DNA of 64,000 nt from Alphaproteobacteria bacterium. Lineage in GTDB: Bacteria; Pseudomonadota; Alphaproteobacteria; GCA-2731375. The stretch spans positions 2,912,001 to 2,976,000 of the forward strand of contig CBDDPY010000002.1 of NCBI GenBank assembly GCA_965232515.1, written 5' to 3'. The notes beneath the pieces are model-generated. The model saw nothing but the letters and a program-made list of their open reading frames with translations. It searched no databases and was not told where the DNA came from. Below are positions 31,082-40,966 of this stretch, one piece after another. The position numbers and the translations under genes were made by a program. Each line of letters begins with the position of its first letter. Position 1 is the stretch's first letter.

Positions 31082-32254
31082 CTAGGCCTTGGCCTCGACC
31101 TGGCCGCCGGCCCAGCGGATCGACGGCAGCAGAGTCGACGTGTCGACGGCCGTGTTATGGCGCAGAATGGTATCCAGCATGTCGTCCAGCACGGGCTCGG
31201 TCAGCAGGTGCGGCTCGAGCCCCAGGTCGGCCAGCTTGGAATGCTTGGCGTTGTAGTAATGCTCCTCGCGCTCGACACGCGGGTTCTCGATCTGATCGAC
31301 CTTCACGTCGAGGCCGCGCCGGCTGCCGGCGGCCACCACCATTTCGGCCAGCTGCCGCACCGAGAACTGCTCGGTGAACTGATTGAAAACACGGAATTCG
31401 CCTCGGTCGGCCGGATTGCGGGCCGCCAGCTCGACGCATTGCAGGGTGTCGCGGATGTTCAGGAAGCCGCGCGTTTGCCCGCCCTTGCCATAGACCGTCA
31501 GCGGCAGGCCCAGGCTGGCCTGGACCAGGAACCGGTTGAGCACCGTGCCGAACACGTGGTCGTAGTGGAACGAGGTCGCCAGCGTCTCGTCCAGCGCGGT
31601 CTGGTCGGTGTCGATGCCGTAGACCACGCCCTGGTTCAGGTCGGTCGCCCGCAGGCCCCAGATCCGGCAGGCGAAGTAGATGTTGTTGCTGTCGTGCACC
31701 TTGGACAGGTGATAGAAGCTGCCCGGCAGCTTGGGGTAGAGCACGGTGTCGGTACGGCCGTTGTGCTCGACCGTCAGGTAACCTTCCTCGATATCGATGT
31801 TGGGCGTGCCGTATTCGCCCATGGTGCCGAGTTTCACCAGGTGCGTGTCGGGACAGATGGCCTGGATCCCGAACAGCAGGTTCATGGTGCCGGCGACGTT
31901 GTTGACCTGCGTGTTCACCGCCGTCGTCCGGCTCTGCATCGAGTACGGCGCCGACGGCTGCTCGGCGTAATGCACGATCGCGTCCGGCCGCGCTTCCTCC
32001 AGCAGCTTGTAGACGAAGCGGTGGTTGGTCAGGTCCCCGACCCGAAGGTTGATCGGGTTGTTGTTCAGCTCGCGCCAGCGCGCCACCCGGCGGTGCAGCG
32101 TCGGCACCGGCCGCAACGGCTGAATGCCCTCCTCCAGCTCCCACTGCCGCTTGGCGAAATTGTCGGCGACCCAGACGTCGTCGCCGGCGGCGGAGAAATG
32201 CATGGCGGTGGGCCAGCCGAGATAGCCGTCGCCGCCGAGGATCAAAACACGCAT
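31082..32254 (-). CDS. sqdB: UDP-sulfoquinovose synthase (SQD1/SqdB/Agl3 family)
   Basis: GGDGYLGWPTA, EQPSAPYSM, KLGTMGEYGTPN, PGSFYHLSKVHDS, TDLNQGVVYG, YGKGGQTRG, FNQFTE and NPRVEREEHYY. Confidence 0.92.
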   Translation of the reverse strand: MRVLILGGDGYLGWPTAMHFSAAGDDVWVADNFAKRQWELEEGIQPLRPVPTLHRRVARWRELNNNPINLRVGDLTNHRFVYKLLEEARPDAIVHYAEQPSAPYSMQSRTTAVNTQVNNVAGTMNLLFGIQAICPDTHLVKLGTMGEYGTPNIDIEEGYLTVEHNGRTDTVLYPKLPGSFYHLSKVHDSNNIYFACRIWGLRATDLNQGVVYGIDTDQTALDETLATSFHYDHVFGTVLNRFLVQASLGLPLTVYGKGGQTRGFLNIRDTLQCVELAARNPADRGEFRVFNQFTEQFSVRQLAEMVVAAGSRRGLDVKVDQIENPRVEREEHYYNAKHSKLADLGLEPHLLTEPVLDDMLDTILRHNTAVDTSTLLPSIRWAGGQVEAKA

Positions 32255-32339
32255 GCGTTTGCTTTCGCTTCTGCTCGATATCGAGGACCAATGAAATCAG
32301 GCCGATGCATAACGCTTCGACCGGCGGGCGTCCACCGCC

Positions 32340-33500
32340 TTAGGAGGCTTCGACGAACCGCTTCTCCAGCAGTTCTTGGCCGAGCGGCGTCTTGCGCAGC
32401 GCTTCGACGATGCGCTTGTAGCTCTGGCCGTCGCCGAACGGCTGCCGGCAGGCGGCGACGGCCTCCGCGAAGGCCGGATCGTTCAACGCCCGGTCGAGCG
32501 CCGCGGCAACGGATTCCTGCCCCATCTCGCAATGGATGACGTTCTCGGCATGCTCGCGTCCGCGCTGGCGTTCGCCCACATTCACCGCGGGGATGCGGGC
32601 GTACGGCGTCTCGATCAGGCCGGCCGACGAGTTGCCGACCATGACCGCCGCCATACGCATGAGGCCGAGGAAGTCCGGCGCGTCGATGTTGGTGTGGATC
32701 GACAGGCCGGGTGCGCCGCGCCGCGCCTCGATGGCCGCGATCACGCCCTCGTAACCCTGGTCCGAGCAGGGATAGACCGCGAGCGCCCGCCGGCCGGTGT
32801 TGAGCACGGCGGCAAGTGTTCCCGCCATGTCGGCGCGGTGGTCGCGCGGCCGGATGGTCTCCGAATGCTGCAGCACCAGGATCGGCCGCTCGTCATCCGC
32901 GATCTCGTAGCGCCGCCTGAGATCGTCCGGTTCGGGCTGTTCGAGGGCGAACATCGGATCGACGTGATTGTCGCCGACCACGTGGATGCGCCAGGGCTCC
33001 TCGCCCATCGCCCGGATCCGCGCCGCGCTGGCCTCGGTCGAGGGGAAGTGCAGGTGCGCCAGCTTGCTGACGGCATGCCGGAACAGGTCGTCGACATTGC
33101 CCGACACGTCGCCGCCCTGCATGTGCGCGATCGGCACCGACAGGTTGACCGCCGCCACCGCCGCCGCCACGACCTCGCCGCGGTCCCCGTAGAGCATCAG
33201 GATGTCGGGCCGGAGCCGGTTCAGCACATCAGCCATCTTCGCCATGCAGGTGGCGATCGCCGCTGTGCGCTCCATTGGACTGTCGCCGCTTTGACCCATA
33301 TCGACGGCCGCCGCGATCTCGAAGTCGCGGGCCACCTCGCTGGCGGTCGCGCCGAACTTCGGGTTTACGTGCTGGTCGGTCACGATCAGCGACAGCCTGA
33401 GGTCCGGCGCCTCCTCGATCGCTCTTAGCATCGGCCGCATGGCGCCGTAGCCGCCGCGCTTGCCGGTCAGAACGGCGATATGGCGCTGAGTTGTGGTCAT
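32340..33500 (-). CDS. neuC: UDP/GDP-N-acetylglucosamine 2-epimerase, hydrolysing (NeuC/LegG type)
   Basis: GDRGE, AHMQGGDVSGNVDDLFRHAVSKLAHLHF, GNSSAGLIE and VGERQRGRE. Confidence 0.88.
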   Translation of the reverse strand: MTTTQRHIAVLTGKRGGYGAMRPMLRAIEEAPDLRLSLIVTDQHVNPKFGATASEVARDFEIAAAVDMGQSGDSPMERTAAIATCMAKMADVLNRLRPDILMLYGDRGEVVAAAVAAVNLSVPIAHMQGGDVSGNVDDLFRHAVSKLAHLHFPSTEASAARIRAMGEEPWRIHVVGDNHVDPMFALEQPEPDDLRRRYEIADDERPILVLQHSETIRPRDHRADMAGTLAAVLNTGRRALAVYPCSDQGYEGVIAAIEARRGAPGLSIHTNIDAPDFLGLMRMAAVMVGNSSAGLIETPYARIPAVNVGERQRGREHAENVIHCEMGQESVAAALDRALNDPAFAEAVAACRQPFGDGQSYKRIVEALRKTPLGQELLEKRFVEAS

Positions 33501-33523
33501 GAAGGGATCGGCCCGTCGGATAT

Positions 33524-34897
33524 TCAGAAGCGGAAATATATGAAGGTCTGCGAGCGATCAATAAAGGCGAACGCCGCGAACAGCAGGCAGGCGAGCCCGC
33601 CGCCATAGGCCACGGCCCGCAGGCCGTTACGGTCGTCGCGCAGCGCCATGCGCTCGAAATGCGCGCCGAAACAGACCGCCGCCACCGCCGCCAGCAGCAG
33701 CCAGGCGCCGTAGGTCGGCGACCGCGCCGTGCCCTCGCCCAAGCCAACGAGACTCTGCAGCAGGGCGGCCGCGCCCTCGAAGTCGTAGAGGAACAGGCTC
33801 CAGCCCAGCGTCACCAGCAGAAAGGTCAACGCCCGTTGCAACAGGGTCGGCAGCCGGTCCCAGGCCGGCCGCACGGCCCGGTAGCCCGCCACCAGACCGG
33901 CGTGATAAAGGCCCCAGGCGACGAAGTTCCAGCCGGCGCCATGCCAAAGACCGCAGAGCGCGAACACGATGGCGATATTTACGGCGTAGCGCCGGTTGCC
34001 GCCCAGCGGCAGATAGAGATAGTCGCGGATCCAGTAGGACAGCGTGATGTGCCAGCGGCGCCAGAAGTCACGCGGGTTCAGCGCCTCGTAGGGCCGCCGG
34101 AAATTGTCGGGGAAGTGAAAGCCGAACAGCCGGCCGAGGCCGATGGCGATCAGCGAATAGCCGAAGAAATCGAAATAGATCTGAAAGCTGTAACCGAGCG
34201 CCACGAACCAGGCGCCGTCGAGACCGAGCCGCGCCGGATGCGCGACGAACGGCTTCATCACGTTGGCCAGCGCATCGGCGCCCAGCACCTTGGCGGCCAG
34301 GCCCAGACAGATGAAGCCGACGGCGGCCTCGATATCGCGGCGCGCCGGCACGAAGTCGGCCAGACGTTGAATCGCGCCCGACACCTGATCGAAGCGCAGG
34401 ATCGGCCCGGCCACGAGCTGCGGAAAGAAGCTGACATAGAGCGCGAAACTGCGCAGCGGCGGCTGCCCCACGATCTGGCCGCGATAGCGGTCGATGGCGA
34501 AGGCCACCATCTGGAAGGTAAAGAACGAGATGCCCGCCGGCAGCAGCACATCGTCGAACAGCGTGAACGAGGTGCCGACGACGCCATCCGTCGCCAGCCG
34601 CAGCGAGTCGACGGCGAAGCCGGCATACTTGAAATAGAACAACGCCGCCAACGGCCCGACGATGGCGGCGATCAACCGCAGGCGACTGCCGCGAATTGAA
34701 TCCGAACGGGTCGCCACGTAGACCCAGACAACGCCGAGCGCCAGGACCACGGCATGATCGATGCCGGCATAGCCGTAGAAGACCAGCGAGGCCAGGATCA
34801 GCAGCTCGCGCCGACGGTCCCGCGGCGCGACCAGGAAAAACAGCAGCAGCACCAGCGGCAGGAACAGGAGCAGGAAGCGATAATCGTTGAACAGCAC
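33524..34897 (-). CDS. MBOAT family O-acyltransferase (AlgI/DltB-like)
   Basis: LPAGISFFTFQ, FFPQLVAGPI, QIYFDFFGYS, FWRRWHITLS...YLYLPLGG and catalytic GLWHG. Confidence 0.92.
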   Translation of the reverse strand: MLFNDYRFLLLFLPLVLLLFFLVAPRDRRRELLILASLVFYGYAGIDHAVVLALGVVWVYVATRSDSIRGSRLRLIAAIVGPLAALFYFKYAGFAVDSLRLATDGVVGTSFTLFDDVLLPAGISFFTFQMVAFAIDRYRGQIVGQPPLRSFALYVSFFPQLVAGPILRFDQVSGAIQRLADFVPARRDIEAAVGFICLGLAAKVLGADALANVMKPFVAHPARLGLDGAWFVALGYSFQIYFDFFGYSLIAIGLGRLFGFHFPDNFRRPYEALNPRDFWRRWHITLSYWIRDYLYLPLGGNRRYAVNIAIVFALCGLWHGAGWNFVAWGLYHAGLVAGYRAVRPAWDRLPTLLQRALTFLLVTLGWSLFLYDFEGAAALLQSLVGLGEGTARSPTYGAWLLLAAVAAVCFGAHFERMALRDDRNGLRAVAYGGGLACLLFAAFAFIDRSQTFIYFRF

Positions 34898-34898
34898 G

Positions 34899-35972
34899 TC
34901 AGGCGCCCGCCCCGGCGAGAAGATCGGCGATATAGGGCCCCAGCAGCACGGCCGGCGCGTGGCAGCAATCGGGCCAGTACGGCGGCACGGCGGTCCGACC
35001 CAGACGCGCGGCGGGCAGGCAGGTCAACGCCAACGTCCGGCAGCGTTCATAGAACAGGGCGCGCAGCGGCCGGGCGTCGGCTGCCTCGGTAGCGGCAGTC
35101 TGCACCGCATCGCCGGGATAGAGCGGCGATTCATAGAGCAGCACGATCACGCCCTGCGCCTGAATGCGGGCGAGACGTGCCAGATCCTGTTTCATATAGG
35201 CCTGCGCCAGCACGAACGGTTTTGCCGACGGCAGCGTCATTGGATCGGTCCGCGCCGATGGCATCGCTATCGGCCGGCTGCCGTCGCGCCGGAACGCGAG
35301 TTCGAACACGGTCGGGGCCGCGAAGACATCGGGAAACATGAAGCTCAAGCGGCTGTAGATCTGGCCGAAGCTGTAGACATGCCGGATCTGGGCCCAACCC
35401 GTCTTGATATCGTCGACCAGCGCCCGGACGGCCATGATCCAGCCGTCGTCGGCCGATCGCCAGATCTGCCAGGCACCGGCGGCGGCGTCCGGCAGGCGCC
35501 GGATCAGGCCGGGATAGGCCAGCCGCGACTGGAAGTGCAGCACGGCATTGTCAACGCTGATCACGGCGACGCGGGGCGCGCTGCCGTCCTCGACCAGCAG
35601 CTCGAGCAGTTCGACGCTTTGACGCAACGTCGTGCCCGGCACCGCGAAATTGAAGAACCGGGCGTCGTCGATGCCGATATCGGCGACGCCGACCTGAACC
35701 GCCCGGCTGTTGCCGAACAGGCCGATATCATAGCGCGGCACCGATGCGGCATGACGCCGCTTCAGGGCCGCCAGGTCATGAATCGGCAGCCCGGCGAGGC
35801 GTCGCAGCCCCTCCGCGTCGCCGGTCTCGAACACGTCTTCCGCGAACGGCACGCCACGAAACACAACCGCGCCGATGGCGAGCAAGCACAGGCAAGCCAG
35901 AAAGCTTTGGAAATTCATCCATACGCGCCTTTCAGCGGCGTCCCCCCGGTCCGCGCCACCGAAACCGGACAT
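34899..35972 (-). CDS. Membrane-anchored SGNH/DltD-like partner of the MBOAT (start may be 35920)
   Basis: N-terminal hydrophobic anchor, block I-like GLFGNSR, FFNFAVPG and a C-terminal DCCH (D-x-x-H). It abuts the MBOAT start. Confidence 0.6.
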   Translation of the reverse strand: MSGFGGADRGDAAERRVWMNFQSFLACLCLLAIGAVVFRGVPFAEDVFETGDAEGLRRLAGLPIHDLAALKRRHAASVPRYDIGLFGNSRAVQVGVADIGIDDARFFNFAVPGTTLRQSVELLELLVEDGSAPRVAVISVDNAVLHFQSRLAYPGLIRRLPDAAAGAWQIWRSADDGWIMAVRALVDDIKTGWAQIRHVYSFGQIYSRLSFMFPDVFAAPTVFELAFRRDGSRPIAMPSARTDPMTLPSAKPFVLAQAYMKQDLARLARIQAQGVIVLLYESPLYPGDAVQTAATEAADARPLRALFYERCRTLALTCLPAARLGRTAVPPYWPDCCHAPAVLLGPYIADLLAGAGA

Positions 35973-36131
35973 TTACACATTCGTTGCACTGTCGCCAGCG
36001 CGGGTTTCGCCGGCATTCCCGTCGATCGAAGATCCCGGCCGGGGGCCGGTTCGGGTTTGACCTGCTGGCGGATGTGCATTACGTGCCATGCAACAGGGTT
36101 TGCAAAGCCTGTCGGGACGGATCGGCAAGAA

Positions 36132-37649
36132 ATGAAGGTGGCTGTGATCGGCTCGGGCGCGGCGGCGTTCGCGGCGATTTCGACATTACGCGAGCGGCGG
36201 CCCGATTGCGACATCACCGTCTTCGACCGGGACGGCGAGGTGGCGGTGGCGCCGATGGCGTCTCGCCTGGGCGGTATCGACCATCGAGACTGGACGTCGG
36301 ACGACTTCGATCGGGTCCACGCCGCCGTCAAGGCCCAGGTCGGCGCCAAGTTCCCACCGCCAAAGACCAACTACGGCAAGCTGGTGCCGCGCCACGACAG
36401 CGACGTGAAGCGGGCGTTCTGGCACAGCCGCGAGCCGGGCGGCCTGACCAACTATTGGAGCGCGTCGCTGTTTCCCTTCACCGACCGCGACATGGCCGGC
36501 TGGCCGGTATCGCGCCAGGACCTGGCGCCCTACTATCGCCGCGTCGCCGAGGATGTCGGCGTCGCCGGCCGCGACGACAGCATCGACGGCTATTTCGGCG
36601 ACGGCTATGTCACGCGGCCGCCGATCCCGGCAACGGCGCTGTGCGAGCGGCTGGTTCAAACCGCGGCCCGCGGCGCCGGCGCGAACGGCAGCGGCGTCAT
36701 TTCCGGGCTGAACCGGCTGGGCATCGAGACCCGGCCCGACCACACGCATTCTTGCGTGAAATGCGGCGGGTGCTTCTACGGCTGCTTTCGCGGCGCCATC
36801 TTCAACGGCAATGTCGGCCTGCGGCGTCGCGGCCTGGATTCGAGCTACCGGCGGATCCCAGAAAAAGTCGACCGCCTGGTCAGCGAAAACGGCGGCGGCG
36901 TCGGCGTGACCACCGTCGGCGGCAGCTATGGCGGCTTCGACAAGGTGTTCTGCGCCGCCGGCTGCATCGGCTCGGGCGAGATCGCGCTGCGCAGCTTCGC
37001 CGACGCCGGCACGCGACTGCAGTTCGTCGACAACGATCTTTACGTCTTCCCGATCTTCTATCTCGGCCGCCGCCTGGATCGCGATCTCGCGTCCTACGTC
37101 GCCATCGCCAATGCCGTGATCGGCTTTCCGCCAAACGGCGCGGACGAGGTCTACGCTCAGGCCCACGTCGCGCCGGTGCCGGACTATCTCGTGCGCTTCT
37201 ACGCGCCGGCCAGCTATTGGGCCCTGACGAAGTATCTCGCCGGCGCGCTGAAGGCGCATGTGCTGCTGGCCAAGCTCTATATCGATGGCGGCGTCTCGCC
37301 GCGCTTCGGCCTGGAGCTTGGCAGCGGCGGCAGCCTGGAATTCGGACCCGTGCGGCCGGGCCAGTCGGCCGCGACCCTGAACCGCGCGCGGCGGCAACTG
37401 CGCCGGGCGCTCGCGCGGTCGCCATTCATCGTGCCCCCCTTCCCCGCCATGCTGTCGTCCACCAGCTCGCACTATGCCGGCGGCCTGGATCCCGAGAGCA
37501 GCGCGCTGCCGGCCTCGCGCAACGGCGAGCTGGCGCCGAACGTGCACGTGATCGATTCCGCCCTGTTCGCCAACAGCCCGGCCCAGCCGCTGACCTTCAC
37601 GATCATGGCCAATGCCGCCCGCATCGTCACCGAGGTGATGGATGGCTGA
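36132..37649 (+). CDS. GMC-like FAD-dependent oxidoreductase with Cys cluster
   Basis: The true start is MKVAVIGSGAAA at 36132. It carries GGLTNYW, LAPYY, CVKCGGCFYGC, CAAGCIGS, HYAG and HVIDSALF...LTFTIMANAARI. Confidence 0.8.
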   Translation: MKVAVIGSGAAAFAAISTLRERRPDCDITVFDRDGEVAVAPMASRLGGIDHRDWTSDDFDRVHAAVKAQVGAKFPPPKTNYGKLVPRHDSDVKRAFWHSREPGGLTNYWSASLFPFTDRDMAGWPVSRQDLAPYYRRVAEDVGVAGRDDSIDGYFGDGYVTRPPIPATALCERLVQTAARGAGANGSGVISGLNRLGIETRPDHTHSCVKCGGCFYGCFRGAIFNGNVGLRRRGLDSSYRRIPEKVDRLVSENGGGVGVTTVGGSYGGFDKVFCAAGCIGSGEIALRSFADAGTRLQFVDNDLYVFPIFYLGRRLDRDLASYVAIANAVIGFPPNGADEVYAQAHVAPVPDYLVRFYAPASYWALTKYLAGALKAHVLLAKLYIDGGVSPRFGLELGSGGSLEFGPVRPGQSAATLNRARRQLRRALARSPFIVPPFPAMLSSTSSHYAGGLDPESSALPASRNGELAPNVHVIDSALFANSPAQPLTFTIMANAARIVTEVMDG

Positions 37650-38529
37650 GTACCGGCTTGTCGTGACCGGCGCCAACGCGCCGTTGGCGCAGTCGCTGAT
37701 CAAGGGCCTGCTCGCCGACGATGCCGGACCCGTCCTGGGCCTGGTGTCGCCCTGGTGCGACCCGTCCACGCTGCTGGCGGACGAAGGCAAGCTCGCCTAC
37801 CTGGCGGCAGACCTGACCGCCCCACTGCCGGCCGCGGCGGCGGATGCCGTGCGATCAGCCGACGCCGTTCTGCACCTGGCCTGGGTCCGCAGCGGCGACG
37901 TCGAGACCGCGACGGATCGCAACCTGGCGATCCTGGACAACGTCGCCGCGGCGATGGATTCGGCCGAAAAGCTCTATTTCATGTCCTCGGTCGCCGCCGG
38001 CGCCGACGCGCCCAGCGCCTATGGCCGGTCCAAGTACCTGGTCGAGGATCGGGTGCGGACGCTCGGCGGCAATGTGCTGGTCTGCGGGCTGGTAATGAGC
38101 GAGCCGCCGCAGACCGCCTTCAAGATGCTGGTCAGCCTGGTCACCAGGCTGCCGCTGTCGGTGCGGTTCGTGTTGGGCGCGCCGCGGGTCTATCCGGTGG
38201 CGCTGGCCGATCTCGATCGCGGCGTTCGCGACACGCTGAGGGCCGCGGCGCCGGTCGGCACGGTCGCGCTCTATCACGCCGGCGGCGTGGCCCTGAATGC
38301 TTTTCTGAAGCGGCTGGAGGCGCGGCGCGGCGGTTTTCGCCTGCCCCTGCCGCTGCCGGCGGGGCCGATGCTGGCCGTCGGCCGGCTGGCGCGGCGCACG
38401 CCGTTGAAGGGCCTGGGCGAGAAGATCACCACCTTCCTCTACAAGGACGACCGGCGGCTGGCGGCGCTGCCGCCGCCGCCCGGCCTGACCCTCAGCGAAA
38501 CCGACGCGTTCCTGCACGCCGAGCGCTGA
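37642..38529 (+). CDS. NAD(P)-binding epimerase/reductase-like protein (atypical SDR)
   Basis: VVTGANAPLA (degenerate Gly motif), VLHLAW, FMSS and YGRSK. It overlaps the upstream gene. Confidence 0.7.
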   Translation: MAEYRLVVTGANAPLAQSLIKGLLADDAGPVLGLVSPWCDPSTLLADEGKLAYLAADLTAPLPAAAADAVRSADAVLHLAWVRSGDVETATDRNLAILDNVAAAMDSAEKLYFMSSVAAGADAPSAYGRSKYLVEDRVRTLGGNVLVCGLVMSEPPQTAFKMLVSLVTRLPLSVRFVLGAPRVYPVALADLDRGVRDTLRAAAPVGTVALYHAGGVALNAFLKRLEARRGGFRLPLPLPAGPMLAVGRLARRTPLKGLGEKITTFLYKDDRRLAALPPPPGLTLSETDAFLHAER

Positions 38530-39504
38530 TCAGGTCGTCGAGCGGGCGCGGCCCAGACCCAGCCAATCGTCGGCGATCAAGACCAGCAGCGACAGCAGGA
38601 GGATGGACAGCAAGCCGACGCCGGTAAACAGGAGCGCGCTGGCAATGCCGGCGCTCCAGTCGATGCCGCCGAGCTGGGCGGCGAAGGCCCAGGCCGCCTG
38701 GACCGGCCCGACCCCGGCAATGCCATTGATCGGCAGCGACCAGGCCAGCAGCGCCGTGGCGCCCGCGAACATGCCTTGCCAGTAACCGGCGTCGTCGACG
38801 ACGGCGCGCAGGCAGAACAGACAGAACACGAACTGCAGCAGCCAGATCGAGACCGAGAGCGCGAGAACCGGCAGGTAGTCGCGCGCCCGGGCGATTCGGT
38901 GCAGCCCCTGCAGCAGCCGGCCGAGCAGCTCCGCCGGCTTCGGCCAGCGGCCGACCAGCGGCAATAGAAAGCGCTGCGATACGCCGGCGATCCAGGGCGT
39001 GAGGCCAAGCGCGACGACGGCCGCGACGGCGACCGCCAGGCCAATCTGGACCAGGGCCGGCCGGTCGACGATCACGACGACCGCGGCGATGGCGCAGGTG
39101 GCGACAATCACCAGCAGGTCGAGCACGCGCGAGACCACCAGCACGCCGACGCTGGAGGTGAGATCGACGCCGAAGCGCTGTTTCACCATCAGCGGGAACG
39201 ACAACTCGCCGGCGCGGAACGGCAGCAGGTAGTTGAACAGCAAGAGGAAGGTCGCGACCCGGTACATGGCGAGCGTCGGCCGGCCGCCGGCGGCGTCTTT
39301 CGGCCAGAGCAGACGGGTGAAACGCCAGGCACGAAGATACTGGATGACGGGGCCGACGCCGAGCGCGGCGGCGACGTAGCGCAGATCGACCTGCGGCAGC
39401 AGCGCGCGCAGATCGGCCATGACCTGGTCGGTCAGCAGCAGATAGAGCACGCCGCCGGTGATGGCCAGCGAGAACAGCGTGGTGACGAGCTGTCGGCGGG
39501 TCAT
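38530..39504 (-). CDS. Lysylphosphatidylglycerol synthase TM domain / flippase-like membrane protein
   Basis: LRAWRF, NYLLPFRAGEL, SRVLDL and LPINGIAGVG, with about 8 TM segments. Confidence 0.8.
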   Translation of the reverse strand: MTRRQLVTTLFSLAITGGVLYLLLTDQVMADLRALLPQVDLRYVAAALGVGPVIQYLRAWRFTRLLWPKDAAGGRPTLAMYRVATFLLLFNYLLPFRAGELSFPLMVKQRFGVDLTSSVGVLVVSRVLDLLVIVATCAIAAVVVIVDRPALVQIGLAVAVAAVVALGLTPWIAGVSQRFLLPLVGRWPKPAELLGRLLQGLHRIARARDYLPVLALSVSIWLLQFVFCLFCLRAVVDDAGYWQGMFAGATALLAWSLPINGIAGVGPVQAAWAFAAQLGGIDWSAGIASALLFTGVGLLSILLLSLLVLIADDWLGLGRARSTT

Positions 39505-39544
39505 GCGGGCGGCCGCGTCGCTTCCGGGCCGGCGGCTCGTGGCC

Positions 39545-40636
39545 TCAGGCGTCGCCGGACGCCGTCGATGGCGTGTTCTTGCGGCCGAGCCGGACGCGAT
39601 ACTGCGGCTGATTGTCGGACTGATGCAGCAGCCGTACGATCAGTTCGCCCAGCAGGCCCTGGACGATCAGGATCAGGGCGCTGACCGTCAGCGAGACGCC
39701 GAGCGTCAGCAGCGGCCGGTTGCCGATCTGCTCGCCGTAGCCGAGCTTGAGGATCACCAGATAGAGGCAGATCGCCAGTCCGGCCGTGCCCAAAACGGCG
39801 CCGAGGCCGCCGAAGAAATGCAGCGGTCGCTGGATGTACTTGCGCAGGAACACCATCAGGATCAGGTCGAGGGCGACGCGCAGCGTGCGGTCGAGGCTGT
39901 ATTTCGACTGGCCGCGGGTGCGCGGGCGGTGGTTGACCACGACCTCGCGCACCTCGGCGCCGACCTGGGCCATCAGCGCCGGGATGAAGCGGTGCAGTTC
40001 GCCCGAGACGGTGATCTGGTCGAGAATGTCGCGGCGGTAGGCCTTCAACGTGCAGCCATAATCGTGCAGCGAGACGTGCGTCATGCGCGAGATCAGACGG
40101 TTGGCGACGCGCGACAGGCGCACGCGCAGAAAGTCGTCGTGCCGGTCGCGGCGCCATCCCGAGACCAGGTCGACGTCCTCACGCTCCAGCGTCTCGACCA
40201 GGAGCGGGATGTCGGCGGGGTCGTTCTGCAGGTCGCCGTCGAGCGTGACCACGACCTCGCCGCGCGCGTGGTCGAAGCCGGCCTGCATGGCCGTGCTCTG
40301 GCCGTAATTGCGGGCGAGGAACACCGGGCGCAGCTCAGGATAGCGCGCGGCGCAGTCCTGGACCGTGGCCTGGGTGCCGTCGCTGGAGCCGTCGTCGACG
40401 ATGATGATCTCGAAGCTGCGGCCGAAGCCCGAGAGGCTGGCATGGATCTCGGCCAGAAGGTCGGCAACGTTCTCGACCTCGTTGTAGACCGGCACCACGG
40501 CGCTGACCTGCACGGGCGGCGTCTCGGCCGCCGCGGCAGCATCGTCGTCGGCGCCGGCCCGCGCCGGCTTCGCCCCCGGCACCCCGACGACCATCGCCGC
40601 CGCCTGCCGGCTGTCGCTCAGATCATCCATCGCCAA
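39545..40636 (-). CDS. GT2 polyprenol-phosphate glycosyltransferase (ArnC/GtrB/DPM1-like)
   Basis: VVPVYNE, VDDGSSDGT, RNYGQSTA, LDGDLQNDP, HDYGCTLKAY, ELHRFIP and two C-terminal TM helices. Confidence 0.9.
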   Translation of the reverse strand: MAMDDLSDSRQAAAMVVGVPGAKPARAGADDDAAAAAETPPVQVSAVVPVYNEVENVADLLAEIHASLSGFGRSFEIIIVDDGSSDGTQATVQDCAARYPELRPVFLARNYGQSTAMQAGFDHARGEVVVTLDGDLQNDPADIPLLVETLEREDVDLVSGWRRDRHDDFLRVRLSRVANRLISRMTHVSLHDYGCTLKAYRRDILDQITVSGELHRFIPALMAQVGAEVREVVVNHRPRTRGQSKYSLDRTLRVALDLILMVFLRKYIQRPLHFFGGLGAVLGTAGLAICLYLVILKLGYGEQIGNRPLLTLGVSLTVSALILIVQGLLGELIVRLLHQSDNQPQYRVRLGRKNTPSTASGDA

Positions 40637-40966
40637 CCCTCAAATCTCGCCCCGGCCCGCCCACCTGTTACCCCAAGCGCCCGGCATCCGCAATGCAATG
40701 GGTCACACGCGGGACCAGCGCTCGAACGCACAAATTGGCGCGAGAGCCGTTAAGATTTTGTGGCGTCCCATCGATCAGTGTCCGTTATCAGAACAGTGAA
40801 GCAATTGGGCGCAATAAGCACGAAACGTGATATGCCCCAGACATACTAGGTCGATCCAGAAATCTCTCTATTTGCTTGCCATTAACTTCCTGTCGACGCT
40901 CGCCCATTGCCAAGGTTATGAGATCGGACCTTCGAAGATTTCGGAAAAATAAAGAGTATTGTCGTC

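Noticed and set aside
34887-36131. N-terminal 415 aa of the 920-aa ORF as a giant fusion
   Set aside because: It overlaps the minus-strand SGNH-like gene. The FAD-binding start MKVAVIGSG at 36132 is the plausible real start.
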